From assembly GCA_001724265.1 (NCBI GenBank), contig MEDY01000002.1, positions 124,001 to 188,000 of the forward strand: a stretch of DNA of 64,000 nt. Reading direction: 5' to 3'. The DNA is from Rhizaria sp. SCN 62-66. Its lineage: Eukaryota. The translations under genes and the position numbers were made by a program. Shown one piece after another: positions 36,306-48,200 of this stretch. The stretch's first letter is position 1, and the number at the start of each line of letters is the position of its first letter. Below the pieces are notes generated by a model. That model was not told the DNA's origin, did no database searches, and worked only from the letters and a program-made list of their open reading frames with translations.

Positions 36306-38651
36306 TGTCTGACTGACTGACTGTTATTTAATTGCAATTATTATCATGATACGTATTGTTTTCTCCACATTGTTATCTGCCTTGTGTCATTGGGTTTTCC
36401 TTTGGTACAGGTTGCTCCTATTTGCGTGTATTCCCGCTTTTTCCCCTCTCTTCTTGACTACAGTCCTCCATGTCTCTCTATCACTGACATGTTCACTCCT
36501 ACAGCATCCCATATCACACACATATACGCACCGCAAACAGACCATTGCAATTCCCCTTCTCTTCACGACAATCGTCAGAGCAGTATCACTCGAGCGTTGG
36601 CTCGGTTGCGGCGGGCGCGGCTAACTTTGTCGCTGTCTGCCGCCTCCGGCAGTAGCTGCTTTCGCTCTACTAGAACAGCTAGCAGTACGGGCTCGTGGGT
36701 TATGCATGCGAGAGTTGCTATTGGTGTTGCTTGTGAGTGTGGTGCTGTGTTATGTGATGTTGTGGAGATGACGTACTGACGTCGCTGTTGTATATTGTGC
36801 AATAAGCCTCACACAAGCAAACGACCAAGGTCTTTCTTTCTCATGCTCACTCAGTCAACTCAGACTCGTTACTATGAGAGAGAGTGAACGTGTTGTCTTT
36901 GTTTTGCGTGTGATGCGCTTGTTGTTTTGCGTGTGTAGCTTCAATCGTATCATGAACTCAGTTAAATAACGCCTTATATCGTTCCAATCAAGTCGTTATT
37001 CGGAATGATTCTCTTTTTGCTCCGAGTTGTTTTTGCTTTACTAATAAGTCTTGCATTGTCATTGCCTCAATCACTGTGTAAGAATCACTGATTCCGTTGT
37101 TTTTTTATCGTTGTCGCCACGCGTACTCAACTGTTGGCCTTCAATTCTACATCTTATTACAACAGCGTCATTGTGATTGTTTGTTCGTCCTGTGTTGTTA
37201 CGCTTCGTTTCTGTTTACGCTAATTTCGTCTTCGTGAACCTTTGGGCCAAGCTTACATTATACTGTCATTGTTCATTACTGTCTATCCGTATCTTGTTAT
37301 GATTGCCGTTCTGTGTCTAAATATTAATTACTACTTGTTGTAACCTCTAAGTGGTCTTCTCAGTGAATCGCTTTGTGCGTCGGTCCTTTTCTTTCCTCTA
37401 AACTGTTCCTTCTTGTGCGTCACTGTGTAAACATCAATGACCGGGCTACTGTGACCTCAGCCGCTTCTTGATTGGCGAAGGCACCCCTATTCGCACGGTC
37501 ATTCCCACAGTTGTCACCCCAAACACGCAATTGCCAGATTTCACGCCCCCATCCCCTATCTCTTAGTCACCACAGTCACTCTCGCAGTCTTAACTCCCAG
37601 CTGTGTGAAGTGACCTTCTCTCTACTGTCGCCCCCCAAAGCTTGCCCATAATTTGCTTGTTTCTTCTCTTTTGTGTTTGTCTTTAATTTTTTGTCTGTTT
37701 TGCGTTTGTAAAATGTGATATGCGTTGCTCTTACGCTTGTGCTTGGTTGGTTGTGCCTGGCACCCGCCGCGTTCAGGGTGTGGCCGCCGCTTTTATTTGT
37801 TTTGTGAGGATGTATGTGTTTTACACGACTTTTTTTCTAATTAAAACGCAACCATAATAATATTTTGGTTGTGTCCTACAAATACATTGACGTGATTTGT
37901 TTCAATATGTGCATAATCTCCTACAAATATCTTAAAAGTAGAATACTAAAAAAGGCGGCGCGGTCGAAATTTAGAATACATTACCTGTATAAAAAGTTTC
38001 ACATCTTCACATTTTTTTGCCCCAATCTTTTGATCTTGATGTATTTTTACGCCTGAAACACGTTTACATAAAATAAAAAACAGTAAATTTAAACAGAGCA
38101 CAAAGCGTTTAAAACTCCAGATATACTTCACTTTTGTAATGTTGAGACACGAATTGGGCTGTTGTGAGAGTCGGGGGAAGGGCGAGATCGCAGTCACTAC
38201 CTCGGGATATGATATAAGAGCAACACTATCAAGTATAAAAACAAGATTTTCACAAAAATTTAAGTGGTTTTACTAAGATACCTCAAAAGTGACATTGTTA
38301 GTAGCTGTTATAGTATTCAAATTCCATTAAAGGACATCTGTTGCAGATGGTTCTGGCGGATCGGCGTGGTGGCTGGCGAGACGTTGGGGTTGGGGGCAAA
38401 GTGAGGTTCAAAATATGCTGTTTCGATCGACAGACAACCTCGCTAGTTCAAAGATATATTCAACTATGTGTTATGAAATATACTCACCACCCGTAATTTT
38501 TAATTATATTCCAAATGCCACCTGTCCCACGTCTGTAGAGCGTCTTTCCTTCGTGCCTGTCGAGAGTGCCCTCGCGACCTTCTCTTTCGCTCGCTCTCCC
38601 ATTCATTCCTGGACGCGTTTACCCGTTATCCACCCGCCCCCGGTCCCTGCC

Positions 38652-40829
38652 ATGTCGGCACCCGGCACCAGCTCCCCCGAGGAGGCGGCTTCTAGAATGA
38701 ACGCCCTCTTCGCCCCTATCGGCGACGATACACTCGCTTCAGCTTCATTCTCAGCCTCTGGCACCGCTGCCGCTGCCGCTGCCACTGCTCCCGCTGCCAC
38801 AGCGGCGCTCGCGGCCTCCGCGACGTTAACTGCATCGCCCACCGACACGAGCTCTACCGCCACCAGCTCCACTGCACCGGGCGGCGCTGGCGCTGGCGCG
38901 GGCACTGCCGGGAGCCTCTACGTCAGCGATACAATGCTCACAGCCGCCGCCGCGACCGGCCTCCTCAGCGGCGGCGGCGGCACTGCGACACGGCTTAGCT
39001 ACCCTACCACGAACCCTGCGACTGCGACGATGGCGGCGGCGACGGCGACGGCGACTTTGCTCCCGTACAACTCGTCTCTCCCCCCAGTCGCCCCGGCCGC
39101 CACTGGCGGCGAACTCGTGACTGGGCCTTCTTCTTTCATTGGCAGCGGCTCTCTTGTTACTGGCCCTGCTGTGAACGCCCCCCCGTTTGGCAGCTTTACA
39201 CGCGCAACCACCGTGCCCGCGACGATTGCTGAGCGGAGCAACGAAGGCACCCCCCAGCCGTCCCCCTCTCACGCGACCACGCACACTGTTTCGAGCGCTC
39301 GCACCGACGCCCCTCCTGCTCCCGGTCACTCGGCGAGTGCTCACGGTCACTCCGGCGCGACTGCTGCGGCTCACGGTTGCTCGGCGACAGGCATTCCCCC
39401 GGCCCCTGTGCCGATGGCGATGCCTGTAACGGTGTCCGGTGGCTTTGGCTCTGTCTCTGGCTTTGGCGCTGGCGCTGGCACTGGCGCTGGCGCTGGCATG
39501 GGGACAGTGGAGTCAACCCTGCCGTCCCGGGCGTCTTCCCGCGCGTTCCCCGACGACCCCGCAGCGTTCGCGTCACTGCCGCAACCGGCGATGCTGGCTC
39601 TCCCTTCGATCGGCAGCGCCAGTGACGCGGTGCCCGTGCCCACTGGTGTTTCCACCCAGCGAGGGGGAGGAGGCATGGGTACTGGCTACGGAGGCATGGG
39701 TACCGGATATACAGGCATGGGTACTGGTTCGAGTTCGACGACCGAGAGCCCTACTGACAGCGCACACAGTCAAGGTCGCACTGGCACTGGCGCAGGTAAC
39801 AGCAATAACATGGCGAGGAATGCGAATGTGAATATGAACAACGTGAGCGCGGGCGCTATTACTGGCAGCAGTAATGCAAACAATAACGCTGCTGCTGCCG
39901 CTGCTGTTTATAGTGGGCAGAATGGGATGTTTTCATTCACTGCTCCCATTCTCACTACACTCCCCAACAACAACAGCAACAACAACAACGACATTAGTAA
40001 GAGCACCAACAACGCTGCTGCTGCTGCTGCTGCTGCCAATGATGCGACTGCGGTGGCGGCGAATGCGGCTGCGGCGAATGATAACAACGGCTTCACCAGT
40101 GCGCTGTCACCCTTCGCCGCTGCAATCATGCAGATGGCCACTGTTCCCTCACAACAGCAGCAAACGGGTACTTACACCAGTGTAGGTGCCTCACAGCAAG
40201 CTACCAGTGCGTTAGTGCCGCCGAGGCCGACAGGGGCTCTGTTATCGCATATCTTAGCGTCGTCAGCTGCTTCCAACGCTGTCACAGTCACAAGCTCGAG
40301 CTCTAGTTCTAGTTCTAGTTCTAGTTCTAGCTCTAGCAGTGGCACCGGCTCTGGCTCTGGCCTGGGATCTGATTTCGGCGTTGCTGCTAGTTCTGCGGCT
40401 TCGCAACAACATCAGCAACAACAGCAGGGCCGGCCTAACTTAAGCGCGGGCGGGGGGTCTTCGCGGCTGAACTTAAGCGCAATGGCGATCCCAGCCGGTT
40501 TGCCCCCGTCTATCCAGGCGAAGCTTGCGGAAGCTCTCGCGAACGCCACTGCGAGTCACCACCCTGGCCACACTAACGCTCACACCTCCCACAACAATCA
40601 TAGCAACAACAATACGGGTCTCAGTGCGGGTCATCCCAACAATGTAAGTGGGTTTGCCGATGTAAGTGCGATATCTGCTCACAATGTAAGTACTGTCGCC
40701 GCTCATAACACGAGCGCGCCGCAACAGCAGCAGCTGCAGCCACAGCAGCAGATGAGGCAGCAGTTGCAGCTGCACGAGTACTAGCGCCAGGCGACTGCAA
40801 TGCTGCAGCAAAAGCAACAGGAGTTGCGT

Positions 40830-40871
<42 letters not shown>

Positions 40872-42055
40872 CACCATGCTAGCTACGGTTCGCAGCCGCA
40901 GCCGCATGCACCGTCACAGCTCCAGAAGCAGCAGCAGCAGCAACAGCTACAGCAGCAGCAGCAGCAGCAGCAGCAGCGGCATGTTGCTCAGGACGACGAC
41001 GAGTACACTGGTCACGGCGACTACACGATCGATGAACTGCTATCGATGCCCGATAACGCGACATTGCCTCAGTCGCGTGCTCACGGTCACTCCGCTGCTC
41101 ATGGTCACTCTCAGAGCCGTGGCCGTTACCGTGAGCGCGTCCCAAGTGACCGTGAGCGTGAGCGCAACATCGCCCACAACACTGCTGCTGCTGCTGCTCT
41201 TGCTCACAGTCACTCCAGCTCACAGTCTCAGCCACAGTCTCAGCAGGCCCAGGCTCAGGCGCAGGCGCAGTCTCAGGCGCAGTCGCCGTGGGGCAGTCAC
41301 AGTCTGTTGACCCGCGGTTTGCCCCCCGGCGCCCGTGCTACGAACAGCACTGTCGTCCCCGATAACAACAACAACAACGCAGCAGCAACAACTGCGTCAT
41401 CGAGTAACGCCGCTAATGCGACTGCTACTGTTTCTGCGCAGAGCCAGCCTCAGCCTCAGATGCCTTCGCAGTCTCAAGCTCAGCCTACTCAGACGAAGCC
41501 GCCGCAGAGTGCGAATGTAGGTACCCCCGACGTCGGTGTAAGTAGCACGTCTCTCAGTGCACTGGCGCGTGCACATATCAACACCGGCCTCTATGCGAAG
41601 CCGCAGACGATCGCTTACAACGACAGTGTGAATGCGAACTCCGTTGCTGCTGGTGCTGCTGCTGGTGCTGGTGCTGCTGCTGGTGGTGGTGGTAATAATG
41701 GTAACACAAGCGTGGCTGCGGGCGCGTTTGACGTCACCATTGCCGGAGACCTCTCATTCTCCGCTCCCATTCACAACAACAACACCAACAGTAACAACAA
41801 CAACGCGAACGCTAATGCCATTGTTAATGCACATACAAGCGCGAATCCGAGCAATAACTCGTTTTTCGCGGATCCGTCGCTTTTTTCGGAACGGCCCGCT
41901 CCTAATCCCACTAAACGCAGTTGGTTGCAGCAAGGCGCTATCCCGGCGACCCCAAGTGCGGCGAACAGCAGTATCATGGCTGAGAACGAACACACTGTGA
42001 TGTCTCGTCAGAGCTACGGCAACAACGCTGCTCCTGCGGCCAACGTTCAGCAGCA

Positions 42056-42094
<39 letters not shown>

Positions 42095-42686
42095 CCAGCC
42101 TCAGCAGCAGTCTCAGTCTCAGCAGCAGCAGAACCAGGCTCAGTTTCAGCCTCAGCCTCAGCAATACCAGCAGCAGCTTTATCAACAGCAGCAGCAACAA
42201 CAATACCCTGGATTCCTACCTGCCCCTGAGACCGGGCCCCCTTTACAGAACGGACCCTTACATTCTCAGTCTAAGAGCCCTGCTGCTATGAAGCCTCTCC
42301 GCAGCAAACGTGGCGGTTCAAACACGAACAATGATGACGATGGCGGAAATGATGGGTTTGGTAACCTGGTACTTAAGTCCGAGTACTTACATTCCCCGGA
42401 CGCGTCGCGGGTACTTACACCGCGTGACCTCCCGCAAAACACTTACCCTGCGTCCAACAACAACATCAACAACAATAACAGCAACGTGAACGCTCGTCCT
42501 CATCAACAGCAGCAGCAGCACCAACAGTATCCTCAGCAACCGCAGCAGCAGCAACATTACCAGCCTTTGCAGTCACAGTTGCAGTTGCAACCGGGTCTTG
42601 TTCGCACTGGTGCTGAATCCTTAGTGCCGCACACGTACAGCTCTAAGGCTGGGGGTACTTACATTCACCCTGGCTGGCAGCAAGCA

Positions 42687-42717
<31 letters not shown>

Positions 42718-44053
42718 GGCCGTCTCAGCCTCAACCTTCGATCAATAGTGGTGATTTTGGCAGTGACCACGACAACGGCAACAACGGTAACGGTAACGAC
42801 TGGCAATTTGCCAGTTTGCCCGACAGCGCCCGCGACGCGCAGACCGACACGCATAATGCACAGTCTGTTTCTCGCCCGCAAGGCTCTGTTAGTGCTGCTG
42901 CTGCTGCTACTGCGGCTGCGGCTCCTGGTGATGTTTCGTCGCATTTACGCTTGCTCAAGGCCCGTAACCCCTCTGCCCGCGCCCGCAACAGCAGCAGCAA
43001 CAACAATGACTCTACTAAAAACACCGCTAGCGCTGCACAACAACAACAGCAGCAGCAACAGCAACAGCGGTTTGTAAATAACAATGCTAACATCGAGGCC
43101 GACAGTCTCGCTGGCTTTGGCAGTAGCTCGAGCGATGCGTTCACGAATGTAAAGGGTACTTACATCGGCGGCAATGACTCTGGAGCTGAAGTATTCCTGC
43201 CTGGTCCGGACGCGATCTCGCGCAACCCCACAGGTACCGGTGCACGTGAGGGCGCGAGCCCCTTAGACGGGGGTCTAAGTACCCACTTAGCCAGCGTCGA
43301 GCTCGGCCCTGAGTTCTCACAGGCGCGCTCGGCTCTCCGCGGCTTCACCCATCCCAATAGTACCGAGGCGGGGGACACGGGCGGCGCTTCTCATAGTAAG
43401 GAGGCGGGAGACGGCTGGTTTGCGAGAATGGAGGCTGAGCTTGGTCAGAGGCAAGATGAGTTGGTTGACATCACCCAGTCACGCCAGCAGCAACAACAAC
43501 AACAACAGCAGCAGCTGCAGCAACAGCAGCAGCTGCAACAACAGTTGCAAGAACTGCAGCAACAGCAGCAACAGCAACAGCTTCAGTTGCAACAGTTACA
43601 ACAACAGCAGCAGCAGTCGTTCACTGCTTCTGGCACGATGACTGATCCTAACGCAGCTAACTCTAACAACTTTGATAATGCCAATATCAACACCAACAGC
43701 AACAACGACACTAGCGTTCATGGCGGCAGTGGCAGTGGCAGTGGTAGTTACCTCGGTGTTGTGGTGCCGGCCACCGCAGCTATTGCGTTCAACCGCCCTC
43801 GCGTCAGTCTCCTTGACGACAACGATATGGACAATAACAACAACACCGCTATCACTGCTACGGCCCCCACTGTTCCGGTTCCGAAAAATGTCATCCCGGA
43901 GGAAGACGATGACATTAGTGCAATTTCGGACGTCGACGCTGATGCTCACAACGCCCACAACAAAGGCGGGCGCGGGCTCAACCTCAACAGTGGAGGTGAT
44001 ACTGACGATGACAACTTGTTCAACGACTTACGCGACCTCGGTCACAACACTGA

Positions 44054-44098
<45 letters not shown>

Positions 44099-45200
44099 TG
44101 CTGAGGCGGCTGAGGCGGCTGAGGCTGAGGCCAGGGCACTGGAAGCGAAGGCTCGGGCTGATGCCGAGAGGGACGAGGAGGAGAAGCAGCGTCACCTTTG
44201 CGCGCTCGCACTCGCATTGGCAACGCCGTTGCCGCCGACGCCGAGGCTGACTTCGGCGACGCCGGTGCCTGGGTACCCTCCGCCGCTGCCCACCCCTCGC
44301 ACCTCGGCCGCCGCCGCCGCCGCCGCTGCCGCCGCCGCCGCTGCTGCTGCTGATGCGGAGGCTGAGGCCAAGGCCAAGGCTGAGGCTGAGGCCAAGGCTA
44401 AAGCTGAAGCTGAGGCTGCTGCCGCCGCCGCCGCTGCTATTGCTGCTGCCGCTGCTGCTGCCGCGAGTGCGCCGGCCCCGCCGCCGCGGCCGCCATCGAG
44501 GGTCGCCCCCGTCCCGCAGCCACAGCCGGCGCCGCCGCCACCACCGCTGCGCGCGGGGCCAGCGAGTCTGTTCGACCAGATCATCATCGTTGCACCGACC
44601 GGCCCCATAGTATTCCCCCCGCCTTGCTTCGCCCCCACTCTCCTCTCGGGCAATATCAACGCCAACAGCGGTAGCGCGAGTGCGGGCAACGTCAATGCGA
44701 GTGTGAGGTTCGGGTGTAATAGTGACCGCGAGTTCATCTCCTTCAACAGCACCACCACGACGGACAGCAGCGCTAACAACTCAGCTGCGAGTGCCGGTTC
44801 TAATAAGGCGGGTGACGGTGAGCAGCCGGTGGGGTACTTACACGATAAGCCGCCCCCTTACGCGACTCCGTTCTTACCTCCGAATCACAGCAACCAAAGT
44901 AGCCCTCTTGCAGCAGCTGCTGCTACTACTAATAACAATAATAGCACTTTGCCCTCGTTTGCTGACTATGCACAGTGGCCTGTGCCGGCGTCCATCACGT
45001 TCAAGTACCCCTTACACTCCCCGTGCGGCTTAACTTCCGACGACCTGCTGCCGTTCATCCTGCCCCCCTTACCCGTGCCCTTAGACAATAACTACAGCGA
45101 GTTAGCTCCCAGTGCTATTAGGGCGCCCACGGTCACTGCCGCGCTCACGGTCAAGGCCGTGCTAGCCCCTTACACACCTCTAAGTATCACATCTAGCGCT

Positions 45201-45231
<31 letters not shown>

Positions 45232-48200
45232 CTGGTTTAGCGGAGAATGTAAGTACCCCCTTACAGCACGCGAACACGAGTGGACTCGAAGCCAGTCTCC
45301 CCTCAAACAACTCTAATGGTTCGAACGCGACGGCAACGACGACTGCTCCGACTGTCATCAATCCTCGTTTCGCCGTCTCATCTCCCGGCGGCGGCGGCTT
45401 AACTTTATCCCGCGCCGAAGCCTCCGCCTACAGCGAAAGCCACGCCCTGACCCCGGCGTCCGGGCTGCTGCTCTTCACTGGGCCGTACCCGCACAAACAG
45501 CGGTCCGCCACGGGCAGTTGGTGCTGGATGGCACGCGCCCCCCGCGGCCGCGGCGCCTCCAGGGTCGGGCTTGGCGCCGGCGGCGCGCTCGGCGACGCGG
45601 TGTACGGCTTAACTTTAGTGGCGTACCAAAAACTCGCAGTGACCAACACACACGCACACGCGAGTGCGAGTTCGAATGTAAGTACCCCTCAGACGCAGAC
45701 GCAGAGCGGTGTGACTGCCGATGACTGGCGCAGCGACGCGTGTGTGCGTGCGACGTCCGTTCTCGCCCCGCGGCTACTCACGGTCACGAGCCGTTACCCG
45801 TTCTTTCCGCTCATGTGGGGTGTGTTACAGGTCATTTCGGCGCACTTACACGCCGCTGACGTTGTGAAGAATCTAAATACCTTGCTGTTTAGTGTCGCTG
45901 CCGCAGCAGCGCAGTCGCCGCTGCAGACCGGGGTACTTACATCGGCGGCGCAAGTACTTACATCGAACAGCAGCAGTGGGCCGGGTGTGCCTGCGAGGCC
46001 CTCTAGCCGTAATGGCAGCGTGACCCGTTTAAGTGCCCAGGCCCCGGGAAGTGCTTCCTTCGCCGCCGGTGAGCCCGACTCCCCCCGGTATGCGCCGCCG
46101 CCGATTGACCCCACAACAGCAGCGATCACTGCAGCCGCCTCCGCCGCCGCCGCTGCTGCCACCGGCAACGCCAACCCTAGCGCTCACCATAGTGCGACCA
46201 CAGCGATGGTGCCGTATATCGCTGCCTGTGTTGTGAACACCGCGGGCTCCCCTGTGAGTTCCGGTCCGAGTTATAACCACACGGGGTTTCAGTATGTTGG
46301 CCCGGGCCAAGAGGAGGCTGCGGCTGCGGCAGAGACGAGCTACACGTGCCCTCTCTCCAACGAAGCCACGACGTACGTTCAAAACAATATCAAACAAACT
46401 TCAACTATATTTCACCCTTAATGTCGGTAATTCACGCTTGATTCGAGTAAAAAGCTACTTTTAATGGTAAAATCACGTCTTGATCCAATTCAGCTCTATT
46501 TTTACGTTTACCCCCTTAATTTTATATCTCTTTTTTTGAGTGTATTGTTGCTCTTCCTCTTGTTCCTGTTCCCTCTTTCTTAGTCCCACGGACATGCCAC
46601 AGCTGTTGCGCTTCATCGCACTCGCCTGCAGCCAGGCCGTGCCGTCCGCCGGCTACTCTCTGTCGCTGCCGCTGCCCCCAGTGCCGAGTTTGCCCGCCAG
46701 ACTGGCAGCCAGGCTCCGCGCCTCCTTGCCTCTCCCCCCCGCTTCTCCCTCGAACTCCAACAACAATAACCTTAGCACCAACAATACCAATATCAATACT
46801 AACGGATATTACGGCAATAACGTGGGTGGGAATGCTATTTTGGTGAGTACCCGTGCCGGTACGCCTAGCGTCGCCCGCGCCACCCCGACCCCCTTAGTCG
46901 GTAGTCTAAGTGCCCCCTTAGAACCGCTGTACCCTCTAAGCACCCGCCGCACCGCCTCCCTACCCGCGCGGCCTCTGCTGCTTCTCGCCCGCGGGACCCC
47001 CTTGCCGCCCGCGTCGCGCCGCCGCTGGCACGCACTCCTGCCGCTCAGTGCCGGTACTTACTCCCACGGCCTCCGCCTGACGCTGGCTCCGGTCACCGGC
47101 GCCGGACTCGGCTCGGGCGCGGCGGCCGCGGGGACGCCCGCTGCGGCCGCGGGCGCGGGCGAGGTCGCGGCGGCGCTGACCGAGCTGTACACGCCACCTG
47201 TCCTGGCGGCCGCAGTGCCTGCTGCGAGGGCCGGAGCCGTGACGCCCGCGCCGCCGCCGCACATGCTTGGCCTGGGCGCGAACTGCAACAATTACAACAG
47301 CGTCGTCACGGTCACGGGCACGGGTACCGGTAACGCGGGTGCGGGCGATGCTGCCGCGGTCACGGGGAACCAAGCAGCCCCCATAGGTTCCATGGGTTCC
47401 ATTGGCGGCGGCGCGAGTTCTGTCTCTGGCTCTGGCTCTGGCTTCGTTTCAAGTAGTGTAGATACGGTGTGCTACCTTACTTACACGCGTCCGGCGATCC
47501 CGGTCCTGTTCGGTCTAGTTAAGCCGCACCCCAGCATCCACCCCCCTTACATGACGCTCGCGCACACCCTTACACTGTCTGCGACGGCGGGGTGCCCACA
47601 GTCGCCCCACCCTGAGGCGCGCATTATCCCCTTAGATTCCGCTCTAAGTACCCCAGATGGCGGGAGCGCCAGCGGTTCTGCGTATTATAGCCCGGCTTAC
47701 GCACGCGCGCTGCAGCTATTGCGTGGGCTCTGGCTGCGGAAGCATCACCAGCAGCTACGCGAGCAAATCAACCCCGGTCTGAGCAACAACGGGGGGATCG
47801 GGAATAATATGCTCTTGCAGCAGCAGCTGCAGCAGCAGCAACAGCATCAGCTTCAGCAGCAGCAGTTTGGTGGCGGCGGCAACGGACTTGGTTTCAGTGG
47901 CAGCAGCAACAACTTGCTTATGAACAACGCTGCTTTGATGAGAAGCAATAACAATAACGCCCTCAACGCTCAGTACACCGCGTTGCTTTCACACCACCAG
48001 CATGCTTTGCAACAACAGCAGCAGCTGCAGCAGCAACAACAGATGCTCGCGATGCAGGGACAACAGCGTGGAGGTACTTACAACGCTTACTTGCCGTCGT
48101 CCGGTTTGCTCGACGCGTCCACTCTAAGTACCCTCCAGGGCCTTACTCCTCAAGAGGCCGTTCCTCGCTTGCTCATGCTTCTGCAGGCCAACGGTAGCGG

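Noticed and set aside
33468-38651. Search for a suppressor tRNA(CUA) or other RNA gene in the intergenic DNA; hydrophobic ORFs such as 34663-35013
   Set aside because: No cloverleaf or A/B-box pair was recognisable by eye. The ORFs are explained by T-richness. A tRNAscan-SE/Rfam run is still needed.
39669-39728. 21-nt tandem repeat encoding GGMGTGY, and similar short coding repeats (about 13334-13381, 44356-44416)
   Set aside because: Ordinary slippage duplications in low-complexity coding DNA. They have no spacers or terminal repeats, so they are neither CRISPR arrays nor mobile elements.
11579-40784. Pyrrolysine insertion or A-to-I editing (UAG to Trp) as the explanation for the TAGs
   Set aside because: The sites are in disordered Gln-rich tracts, not catalytic or Trp-like positions, and no pyl genes are present in the window. 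Editing can be tested with RNA-seq.
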